This document shows positions 25,201 to 37,554 of a DNA stretch of 64,000 bases, piece by piece. Numbering within the stretch: position 1 is the first letter of the stretch; every line of letters starts with the position of its first letter. Source of the DNA: the human T2T-CHM13v2.0 reference genome, Homo sapiens. The notes under the pieces are model-generated. The model did no database searches. It had not been told where the DNA came from and worked only from the letters and a program-made list of their open reading frames with translations. The DNA lies in assembly GCF_009914755.1 (NCBI RefSeq), contig NC_060937.1. The stretch is one strand, 5' to 3'. The translations under genes and the position numbers were made by a program.

Positions 25201-28200
25201 AAACCTGCTCTATGAAAGGCCATGTTCATCTCTATGAGTCGAATGGAAATATCCGAAAGAAATTTCTGGGAATGCTGCTGTCTAGTTTTTATACGAATTC
25301 CCGCTTCCAACGAAATCCTCAAAGCAATCCAAATATCCACTTGCAGAATCCACAAAAAGAGTGTTTCAAAACTGCTCTATCAATAGAAAGGTTCAACTCT
25401 TTTAGTTGAGTACACACATCACAAACAAGTTTCTGAGAATGCTTCTGTCTGGCTTTTATTGGAAGACGTTTCCTTTTCACCAAAGGCATCAAAGCGCTCC
25501 AAATGTCCACTTCCAGATTCTTCCAAAAGAGTGTTTGAAACGTGCTCAAAGTAAGGGAATGTTCAACTCTGTGACTTGAATGCAGATATCACCAAGTAGT
25601 TTCTAATAGTGCTTCTGTCTAGATTTTAGATGATGATATTCCCGTTTCCAACGAAATCGTTAGAGCTATCCAAATATCCACTTACAGTTGCTACAAAAAC
25701 AGTGTTTCCAAACTGCTGCATCAAAAGAAAGGTTCAACTCTGTTAGTTGAGGACACACGTCACAAAGAAGTTTGTGAGAATGCTTCTGTCTAGATTTTGT
25801 ATGACGATATTCCCTTTTCCAACGATATCGTTAAAGCAATCTAAATATCCATTTGCAGAATCCACAAAAATAGAGTTTCAAAGCTGCTCTGTAAAAAGAA
25901 AGGTTCCACTCTGTTAGCTGAGTACACACATCACAAACTTGTTTCTCAGAATCCTTCTGTCTCGTTTTTATGGGAAGATATTTACTTTTTCACCGTAGGC
26001 ATCAAAGCGCTCCAAATGTCCACATCCAGATACTCCAGAAAGAGTGTTTCAAACCTGCTCTATGAAAGGGAATCTTCAACTCTATGAGTTGAATGCAGAC
26101 ATCAGAAAGAAATTTCTGAGAATGCTGCTGTCTACCTTTTATTTGAATTCCCGCTTCCAACGAAATCCTCCAAGCTATCCAAATATCCACTTGCAGATTC
26201 CACAAAAAGAGTGTTTCAAAACTGCTCTCTATCAATGGCAAAGTTCAACTCTGTTAGTTGAGGACACATATCACCAACAAGTTTCTGAGAATGCTTCTGT
26301 CTATTTTTTATGGGAAGATATTTCCTTTTTCACCGTAGGCGTCAAGGCGATCGAAATGTCCACTTCCACAAACTACAAAAAGAGTGTTTCAAACCTGCTC
26401 TATGAAAGGCCATGTTCATCTCTATGAGTCGAATGGAAATATCCGAAAGAAATTTCTGGGAATGCTGCTGTCTAGTTTTTATACGAATTCCCGCTTCCAA
26501 CGAAATCCTCAAAGCAATCCAAATATCCACTTGCAGAATCCACAAAAAGAGTGTTTCAAAACTGCTCTATCAATAGAAAGGTTCAACTCTTTTAGTTGAG
26601 TACACACATCACAAACAAGTTTCTGAGAATGCTTCTGTCTGGCTTTTATTGGAAGACGTTTCCTTTTCACCAAAGGCATCAAAGCGCTCCAAATGTCCAC
26701 TTCCAGATTCTTCCAAAAGAGTGTTTGAAACGTGCTCAAAGTAAGGGAATGTTCAACTCTGTGACTTGAATGCAGATATCACCAAGTAGTTTCTAATAGT
26801 GCTTCTGTCTAGATTTTAGATGATGATATTCCCGTTTCCAACGAAATCGTTAGAGCTATCCAAATATCCACTTACAGTTTCTACAAAAAGAGTGTTTCCA
26901 AACTGCTGCATCAAAAGAAAGGTTCAACTCTGTTAGTTGAGGACACACATCACAAGGAAGTTTGTGAGAATGCTTCTGTCTAGATTTTGTATGACCATAT
27001 TCCCTTTTCCAGCGATATCATTAAAGCAATCTAAATATCCATTTGCAGAATCCACAAAAATAGAGTTTCAAAGCTGCTCTGTAAAAAGAAAGGTTCCACT
27101 CTGTTAGCTGAGTACACACATCACAAACTTGTTTCTGAGAATCCTTCTGTCTCGTTTTTATGGGAAGATATTTACTTTTTCACCGTAGGCATCAAAGCGC
27201 TCCAAATGTCCACATCCAGATACTCCAGAAAGAGTGTTTCAAACCTGCTCTATGAAAGGGAATCTTCAACTCTATGAGTTGAATGCAGACATCAGAAAGA
27301 AATTTCTGAGAATGCTGCTGTCTACCTTTTATTTGAACTCCCGCTTCCAACGAAATCCTCCAAGCTATCCAAATATCCACTTGCATTTTCCACAAAAAGA
27401 GTGCTTCAAAACTGCTCTATCAATAAATGTTCAACTCCTTTAGCTGGGTGCACACATCACAAACAAGTTTCTGAGAATGCTTCTGTCTAGTTTTTATGGG
27501 AAGACATTCCCTTTTTCACCAAAGGCATCAAAGCGCTCCAAATGTCCACTTCCAGACACTACAAAAAGAGTGTTTCCAACGTGCTCTAAGAAAGCGAATG
27601 TTCAACTCTGTGACTTGAATGCAGATATCACAAAGTAGTTTCTGAGAGGGCTTCTGTCTAGATTTTAGATGATGATATTCCCGTTTCCAACGAAATCATT
27701 AGAGCTATCCAAATATCCACTTACAGTTTCTACAAAAAGAGTGTTTCCAAACTGCTGCATCAAAAGAGAGGTTCCACTCTGTTAGCTGAGTACACACATC
27801 ACAAACTTGTTTCTGAGAATCCTTCTGTCTCGTTTTTCTGGGAAGATATTTACTTTTTCACCGTAGGCATCAAAGCGCTCCAAATGTCCACATCCAGATA
27901 CTCCAGAAAGAGTGTTTCAAACCTGCTCTATGAAAGGGAATCTTCAACTCTATGAGTTGAATGCAGACATCAGAAAGAAATTTCTGAGAATGCTGCTGTC
28001 TACCTTTTATTTGAATTCCCGCTTCCAACGAAATCCTCCAAGCTATCCAAATATCCACTTGCAGATTCCACAAAAAGAGTGTTTCAAAACTGCTCTCTAT
28101 CAATGGCAAAGTTCAACTCTGTTAGTTGAGGACACATATCACCAACAAGTTTCTGAGAATGCTTCTGTCTATTTTTTATGGGAAGATATTTCCTTTTTCA

Positions 28201-31200
28201 CCGTAGGCGTCAAGGCGATCGAAATGTCCACTTCCACAAACTACAAAAAGAGTGTTTCAAACCTGCTCTATGAAAGGCCATGTTCATCTCTATGAGTCGA
28301 ATGGAAATATCCGAAAGAAATTTCTGGGAATGCTGCTGTCTAGTTTTTATACGAATTCCCGCTTCCAACGAAATCCTCAAAGCAATCCAAATATCCACTT
28401 GCAGAATCCACAAAAAGAGTGTTTCAAAACTGCTCTATCAATAGAAAGGTTCAACTCTTTTAGTTGAGTACACACATCACAAACAAGTTTCTGAGAATGC
28501 TTCTGTCTGGCTTTTATTGGAAGACGTTTCCTTTTCACCAAAGGCATCAAAGCGCTCCAAATGTCCACTTCCAGATTCTTCCAAAAGAGTGTTTGAAACG
28601 TGCTCAAAGTAAGGGAATGTTCAACTCTGTGACTTGAATGCAGATATCACCAAGTAGTTTCTAATAGTGCTTCTGTCTAGATTTTAGATGATGATATTCC
28701 CGTTTCCAACGAAATCGTTAGAGCTATCCAAATATCCACTTACAGTTGCTACAAAAACAGTGTTTCCAAACTGCTGCATCAAAAGAAAGGTTCAACTCTG
28801 TTAGTTGAGGACACACGTCACAAAGAAGTTTGTGAGAATGCTTCTGTCTAGATTTTGTATGACGATATTCCCTTTTCCAACGATATCGTTAAAGCAATCT
28901 AAATATCCATTTGCAGAATCCACAAAAATAGAGTTTCAAAGCTGCTCTGTAAAAAGAAAGGTTCCACTCTGTTAGCTGAGTACACACATCACAAACTTGT
29001 TTCTCAGAATCCTTCTGTCTCGTTTTTATGGGAAGATATTTACTTTTTCACCGTAGGCATCAAAGCGCTCCAAATGTCCACATCCAGATACTCCAGAAAG
29101 AGTGTTTCAAACCTGCTCTATGAAAGGGAATCTTCAACTCTATGAGTTGAATGCAGACATCAGAAAGAAATTTCTGAGAATGCTGCTGTCTACCTTTTAT
29201 TTGAATTCCCGCTTCCAACGAAATCCTCCAAGCTATCCAAATATCCACTTGCAGATTCCACAAAAAGAGTGTTTCAAAACTGCTCTCTATCAATGGCAAA
29301 GTTCAACTCTGTTAGTTGAGGACACATATCACCAACAAGTTTCTGAGAATGCTTCTGTCTATTTTTTATGGGAAGATATTTCCTTTTTCACCGTAGGCGT
29401 CAAGGCGATCGAAATGTCCACTTCCACAAACTACAAAAAGAGTGTTTCAAACCTGCTCTATGAAAGGCCATGTTCATCTCTATGAGTCGAATGGAAATAT
29501 CCGAAAGAAATTTCTGGGAATGCTGCTGTCTAGTTTTTATACGAATTCCCGCTTCCAACGAAATCCTCAAAGCAATCCAAATATCCACTTGCAGAATCCA
29601 CAAAAAGAGTGTTTCAAAACTGCTCTATCAATAGAAAGGTTCAACTCTTTTAGTTGAGTACACACATCACAAACAAGTTTCTGAGAATGCTTCTGTCTGG
29701 CTTTTATTGGAAGACGTTTCCTTTTCACCAAAGGCATCAAAGCGCTCCAAATGTCCACTTCCAGATTCTTCCAAAAGAGTGTTTCAAACGTGCTCAAAGT
29801 AAGGGAATGTTCAACTCTGTGACTTGAATGCAGATATCACCAAGTAGTTTCTAATAGTGCTTCTGTCTAGATTTTAGATGATGATATTCCCGTTTCCAAC
29901 GAAATCGTTAGAGCTATCCAAATATCCACTTACAGTTTCTACAAAAAGAGTGTTTCCAAACTGCTGCATCAAAAGAAAGGTTCAACTCTGTTAGTTGAGG
30001 ACACACATCACAAAGAAGTTTGTGAGAATGCTTCTGTCTAGATTTTGTATGACCATATTCCCTTTTCCAGCGATATCATTAAAGCAATCTAAATATCCAT
30101 TTGCAGAATCCACAAAAATAGAGTTTCAAAGCTGCTCTGTAAAAAGAAAGGTTCCACTCTGTTAGCTGAGTACACACATCACAAACTTGTTTCTGAGAAT
30201 CCTTCTGTCTCGTTTTTATGGGAAGATATTTACTTTTTCACCGTAGGCATCAAAGCGCTCCAAATGTCCACATCCAGATACTCCAGAAAGAGTGTTTCAA
30301 ACCTGCTCTATGAAAGGGAATCTTCAACTCTATGAGTTGAATGCAGACATCAGAAAGAAATTTCTGAGAATGCTGCTGTCTACCTTTTATTTGAACTCCC
30401 GCTTCCAACGAAATCCTCCAAGCTATCCAAATATCCACTTGCATTTTCCACAAAAAGAGTGCTTCAAAACTGCTCTATCAATAAATGTTCAACTCCTTTA
30501 GCTGGGTGCACACATCACAAACAAGTTTCTGAGAATGCTTCTGTCTAGTTTTTATGGGAAGACATTCCCTTTTTCACCAAAGGCATCAAAGCGCTCCAAA
30601 TGTCCACTTCCAGACACTACAAAAAGAGTGTTTCCAACGTGCTCTAAGAAAGCGAATGTTCAACTCTGTGACTTGAATGCAGATATCACAAAGTAGTTTC
30701 TGAGAGGGCTTCTGTCTAGATTTTAGATGATGATATTCCCGTTTCCAACGAAATCATTAGAGCTATCCAAATATCCACTTACAGTTTCTACAAAAAGAGT
30801 GTTTCCAAACTGCTGCATCAAAAGAGAGGTTCCACTCTGTTAGCTGAGTACACACATCACAAACTTGTTTCTGAGAATCCTTCTGTGTCGTTTTTATGGG
30901 AAGATATTTACTTTTTCACCGTAGGCATCAAAGCGCTCCAAATGTCCACATCCAGATACTCCAGAAAGAGTGTTTCAAACCTGCTCTATGAAAGGGAATC
31001 TTCAACTCTATGAGTTGAATGCAGACATCAGAAAGAAATTTCTGAGAATGCTGCTGTCTACCTTTTATTTGAATTCCCGCTTCCAACGAAATCCTCCAAG
31101 CTATCCAAATATCCACTTGCAGATTCCACAAAAAGAGTGTTTCAAAACTGCTCTCTATCAATGGCAAAGTTCAACTCTGTTAGTTGAGGACACATATCAC

Positions 31201-31440
31201 CAACAAGTTTCTGAGAATGCTTCTGTCTATTTTTTATGGGAAGATATTTCCTTTTTCACCGTAGGCGTCAAGGCGATCGAAATGTCCACTTCCACAAACT
31301 ACAAAAAGAGTGTTTCAAACCTGCTCTATGAAAGGCCATGTTCATCTCTATGAGTCGAATGGAAATATCCGAAAGAAATTTCTGGGAATGCTGCTGTCTA
31401 GTTTTTATACGAATTCCCGCTTCCAACGAAATCCTCAAAG
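17341..31440. repeat. Alternating 1868+1190 block (18-monomer super-repeat, 3058-bp period)
   Basis: Units run 11*,7,11*,7,11*,7,11*,7,11*, with 11* starts at 17341, 20399, 23457, 26515 and 29573. Confidence 0.92.
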
Positions 31441-34400
31441 CAATCCAAATATCCACTTGCAGAATCCACAAAAAGAGTGTTTCAAAACTGCTCTATCAAT
31501 AGAAAGGTTCAACTCTTTTAGTTGAGTACACACATCACAAACAAGTTTCTGAGAATGCTTCTGTCTGGCTTTTATTGGAAGACGTTTCCTTTTCACCAAA
31601 GGCATCAAAGCGCTCCAAATGTCCACTTCCAGATTCTTCCAAAAGAGTGTTTGAAACGTGCTCAAAGTAAGGGAATGTTCAACTCTGTGACTTGAATGCA
31701 GATATCACCAAGTAGTTTCTAATAGTGCTTCTGTCTAGATTTTAGATGATGATATTCCCGTTTCCAACGAAATCGTTAGAGCTATCCAAATATCCACTTA
31801 CAGTTTCTACAAAAAGAGTGTTTCCAAACTGCTGCATCAAAAGAAAGGTTCAACTCTGTTAGTTGAGGACACACATCACAAAGAAGTTTGTGAGAATGCT
31901 TCTGTCTAGATTTTGTATGACCATATTCCCTTTTCCAGCGATATCATTAAAGCAATCTAAATATCCATTTGCAGAATCCACAAAAATAGAGTTTCAAAGC
32001 TGCTCTGTAAAAAGAAAGGTTCCACTCTGTTAGCTGAGTACACACATCACAAACTTGTTTCTCAGAATCCTTCTGTCTCGTTTTTATGGGAAGATATTTA
32101 CTTTTTCACCGTAGGCATCAAAGCGCTCCAAATGTCCACATCCAGATACTCCAGAAAGAGTGTTTCAAACCTGCTCTATGAAAGGGAATCTTCAACTCTA
32201 TGAGTTGAATGCAGACATCAGAAAGAAATTTCTGAGAATGCTGCTGTCTACCTTTTATTTGAATTCCCGCTTCCAACGAAATCCTCCAAGCTATCCAAAT
32301 ATCCACCTGCATTTTCCACAAAAAGAGCGTTTCAAAACTGCTCTATCAATAGAAATGTTCAACTCCTTTGGCTGGGTACACACATCACAAACAAGTTTCT
32401 GAGAATGCTTCTGTCTAGTTTTTATGGGAAGACATTCCCTTTTTCACCAAAGGCATCAAAGCGCTCCAAATGTCCACTTCCAGACACTACAAAAAGAGTG
32501 TTTCCAACGTGCTCTAAGAAAGCGAATGTTCAACTCTGTGACTTGAATGCAGATATCACAAAGTAGTTTCTGAGAGGGCTTCTGTGTAGATTTTAGATGA
32601 TGATATTCCCGTTTCCAACGAAATCATTAGAGCTATCCAAATATCCACTTACAGTTTCTACAAAAAGAGTGTTTCCAAACTGCTGCATCAAAAGAGAGGT
32701 TCCACTCTGTTAGCTGAGTACACACATCACAAACTTGTTTCTCAGAATCCTTCTGTCTCGTTTTTCTGGGAAGATATTTACTTTTTCACCGTAGGCATCA
32801 AAGCGCTCCAAATGTCCACATCCAGATACTCCAGAAAGAGTGTTTCAAACCTGCTCTATGAAAGGGAATCTTCAACTCTATGAGTTGAATGCAGACATCA
32901 GAAAGAAATTTCTGAGAATGCTGCTGTCTACCTTTTATTTGAATTCCCGCTTCCAACGAAATCCTCCAAGCTATCCAAATATCCACTTGCAGATTCCACA
33001 AAAAGAGTGTTTCAAAACTGCTCTCTATCAATGGCAAAGTTCAACTCTGTTAGTTGAGGACACATATCACCAACAAGTTTCTGAGAATGCTTCTGTCTAT
33101 TTTTTATGGGAAGATATTTCCTTTTTCACCGTAGGCGTCAAGGCGATCGAAATGTCCACTTCCACAAACTACAAAAAGAGTGTTTCAAACCTGCTCTATG
33201 AAAGGCCATGTTCATCTCTATGAGTCGAATGGAAATATCCGAAAGAAATTTCTGGGAATGCTGCTGTCTAGTTTTTATACGAATTCCCGCTTCCAACGAA
33301 ATCCTCAAAGCAATCCAAATATCCACTTGCAGAATCCACAAAAAGAGTGTTTCAAAACTGCTCTATCAATAGAAAGGTTCAACTCTTTTAGTTGAGTACA
33401 CACATCACAAACAAGTTTCTGAGAATGCTTCTGTCTGGCTTTTATTGGAAGACGTTTCCTTTTCACCAAAGGCATCAAAGCGCTCCAAATGTCCACTTCC
33501 AGATTCTTCCAAAAGAGTGTTTGAAACGTGCTCAAAGTAAGGGAATGTTCAACTCTGTGACTTGAATGCAGATATCACCAAGTAGTTTCTAATAGTGCTT
33601 CTGTCTAGATTTTAGATGATGATATTCCCGTTTCCAACGAAATCGTTAGAGCTATCCAAATATCCACTTACAGTTGCTACAAAAACAGTGTTTCCAAACT
33701 GCTGCATCAAAAGAAAGGTTCAACTCTGTTAGTTGAGGACACACGTCACAAAGAAGTTTGTGAGAATGCTTCTGTCTAGATTTTGTATGACGATATTCCC
33801 TTTTCCAACGATATCGTTAAAGCAATCTAAATATCCATTTGCAGAATCCACAAAAATAGAGTTTCAAAGCTGCTCTGTAAAAAGAAAGGTTCCACTCTGT
33901 TAGCTGAGTACACACATCACAAACTTGTTTCTCAGAATCCTTCTGTCTCGTTTTTATGGGAAGATATTTACTTTTTCACCGTAGGCATCAAAGCGCTCCA
34001 AATGTCCACATCCAGATACTCCAGAAAGAGTGTTTCAAACCTGCTCTATGAAAGGGAATCTTCAACTCTATGAGTTGAATGCAGACATCAGAAAGAAATT
34101 TCTGAGAATGCTGCTGTCTACCTTTTATTTGAATTCCCGCTTCCAACGAAATCCTCCAAGCTATCCAAATATCCACTTGCAGATTCCACAAAAAGAGTGT
34201 TTCAAAACTGCTCTCTATCAATGGCAAAGTTCAACTCTGTTAGTTGAGGACACATATCACCAACAAGTTTCTGAGAATGCTTCTGTCTATTTTTTATGGG
34301 AAGATATTTCCTTTTTCACCGTAGGCGTCAAGGCGATCGAAATGTCCACTTCCACAAACTACAAAAAGAGTGTTTCAAACCTGCTCTATGAAAGGCCATG

Positions 34401-36370
34401 TTCATCTCTATGAGTCGAATGGAAATATCCGAAAGAAATTTCTGGGAATGCTGCTGTCTAGTTTTTATACGAATTCCCGCTTCCAACGAAATCCTCAAAG
34501 CAATCCAAATATCCACTTGCAGAATCCACAAAAAGAGTGTTTCAAAACTGCTCTATCAATAGAAAGGTTCAACTCTTTTAGTTGAGTACACACATCACAA
34601 ACAAGTTTCTGAGAATGCTTCTGTCTGGCTTTTATTGGAAGACGTTTCCTTTTCACCAAAGGCATCAAAGCGCTCCAAATGTCCACTTCCAGATTCTTCC
34701 AAAAGAGTGTTTGAAACGTGCTCAAAGTAAGGGAATGTTCAACTCTGTGACTTGAATGCAGATATCACCAAGTAGTTTCTAATAGTGCTTCTGTCTAGAT
34801 TTTAGATGATGATATTCCCGTTTCCAACGAAATCGTTAGAGCTATCCAAATATCCACTTACAGTTTCTACAAAAAGAGTGTTTCCAAACTGCTGCATCAA
34901 AAGAAAGGTTCAACTCTGTTAGTTGAGGACACACATCACAAAGAAGTTTGTGAGAATGCTTCTGTCTAGATTTTGTATGACCATATTCCCTTTTCCAGCG
35001 ATATCATTAAAGCAATCTAAATATCCATTTGCAGAATCCACAAAAATAGAGTTTCAAAGCTGCTCTGTAAAAAGAAAGGTTCCACTCTGTTAGCTGAGTA
35101 CACACATCACAAACTTGTTTCTCAGAATCCTTCTGTCTCGTTTTTATGGGAAGATATTTACTTTTTCACCGTAGGCATCAAAGCGCTCCAAATGTCCACA
35201 TCCAGATACTCCAGAAAGAGTGTTTCAAACCTGCTCTATGAAAGGGAATCTTCAACTCTATGAGTTGAATGCAGACATCAGAAAGAAATTTCTGAGAATG
35301 CTGCTGTCTACCTTTTATTTGAATTCCCGCTTCCAACGAAATCCTCCAAGCTATCCAAATATCCACCTGCATTTTCCACAAAAAGAGCGTTTCAAAACTG
35401 CTCTATCAATAGAAATGTTCAACTCCTTTGGCTGGGTACACACATCACAAACAAGTTTCTGAGAATGCTTCTGTCTAGTTTTTATGGGAAGACATTCCCT
35501 TTTTCACCAAAGGCATCAAAGCGCTCCAAATGTCCACTTCCAGACACTACAAAAAGAGTGTTTCCAACGTGCTCTAAGAAAGCGAATGTTCAACTCTGTG
35601 ACTTGAATGCAGATATCACAAAGTAGTTTCTGAGAGGGCTTCTGTCTAGATTTTAGATGATGATATTCCCGTTTCCAACGAAATCATTAGAGCTATCCAA
35701 ATATCCACTTACAGTTTCTACAAAAAGAGTGTTTCCAAACTGCTGCATCAAAAGAGAGGTTCCACTCTGTTAGCTGAGTACACACATCACAAACTTGTTT
35801 CTCAGAATCCTTCTGTCTCGTTTTTCTGGGAAGATATTTACTTTTTCACCGTAGGCATCAAAGCGCTCCAAATGTCCACATCCAGATACTCCAGAAAGAG
35901 TGTTTCAAACCTGCTCTATGAAAGGGAATCTTCAACTCTATGAGTTGAATGCAGACATCAGAAAGAAATTTCTGAGAATGCTGCTGTCTACCTTTTATTT
36001 GAATTCCCGCTTCCAACGAAATCCTCCAAGCTATCCAAATATCCACTTGCAGATTCCACAAAAAGAGTGTTTCAAAACTGCTCTCTATCAATGGCAAAGT
36101 TCAACTCTGTTAGTTGAGGACACATATCACCAACAAGTTTCTGAGAATGCTTCTGTCTATTTTTTATGGGAAGATATTTCCTTTTTCACCGTAGGCGTCA
36201 AGGCGATCGAAATGTCCACTTCCACAAACTACAAAAAGAGTGTTTCAAACCTGCTCTATGAAAGGCCATGTTCATCTCTATGAGTCGAATGGAAATATCC
36301 GAAAGAAATTTCTGGGAATGCTGCTGTCTAGTTTTTATACGAATTCCCGCTTCCAACGAAATCCTCAAAG

Positions 36371-37554
36371 CAATCCAAATATCCACTTGCAGAATCCACA
36401 AAAAGAGTGTTTCAAAACTGCTCTATCAATAGAAAGGTTCAACTCTTTTAGTTGAGTGCACACATCACAAACAAGTTTCTGAGAATGCTTCTGTCTGGCT
36501 TTTATTGGAAGACGTTTCCTTTTCACCAAAGGCATCAAAGCGCTCCAAATGTCCACTTCCAGATTCTTCCAAAAGAGTGTTTGAAACGTGCTCAAAGTAA
36601 GGGAATGTTCAACTCTGTGACTTGAATGCAGATATCACCAAGTAGTTTCTAATAGTGCTTCTGTCTAGATTTTAGATGATGATATTCCCGTTTCCAACGA
36701 AATCGTTAGAGCTATCCAAATATCCACTTACAGTTGCTACAAAAACAGTGTTTCCAAACTGCTGCATCAAAAGAAAGGTTCAACTCTGTTAGTTGAGGAC
36801 ACACGTCACAAAGAAGTTTGTGAGAATGCTTCTGTCTAGATTTTGTATGACGATATTCCCTTTTCCAACGATATCGTTAAAGCAATCTAAATATCCATTT
36901 GCAGAATCCACAAAAATAGAGTTTCAAAGCTGCTCTGTGAAAAGAAAGGTTCCACTCTGTTAGCTGAGTACACACATCACAAACTTGTTTCTCAGAATCC
37001 TTCTGTCTCGTTTTTATGGGAAGATATTTACTTTTTCACCGTAGGCATCAAAGCGCTCCAAATGTCCACATCCAGATACTCCAGAGTGTTTCAAACCTGC
37101 TCTATGAAAGGGAATCTTCAACTCTATGAGTTGAATGCAGACATCAGAAAGAAATTTCTGAGAATGCTGCTGTCTACCTTTTATTTGAATTCCCGCTTCC
37201 AACGAAATCCTCCAAGCTATCCAAATATCCACCTGCATTTTCCACAAAAAGAGCGTTTCAAAACTGCTCTATCAATAGAAATGTTCAACTCCTTTGGCTG
37301 GGTACACACATCACAAACAAGTTTCTGAGAATGCTTCTGTCTAGTTTTTATGGGAAGACATTCCCTTTTTCACCGTAGGCGTCAAGGCGATCGAAATGTC
37401 CACTTCCACAAACTACAAAAAGAGTGTTTCAAACCTGCTCTATGAAAGGCCATGTTCATCTCTATGAGTCGAATGGAAATATCCGAAAGAAATTTCTGGG
37501 AATGCTGCTGTCTAGTTTTTATACGAATTCCCGCTTCCAACGAAATCCTCAAAG
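36371..37554 (-). repeat. Unique 1184-bp 7-mer with a hybrid monomer
   Basis: A 4-bp deletion near 37085 (CCAGAAAGAGTG to CCAGAGTG) and a 682-bp deletion junction at 37364-37374 are present; 1870-682-4 = 1184. Confidence 0.92.

Noticed and set aside
37014-37328. Unique 77-aa and 88-aa ORFs
   Set aside because: They are by-products of the 4-bp deletion near 37085, not genes.
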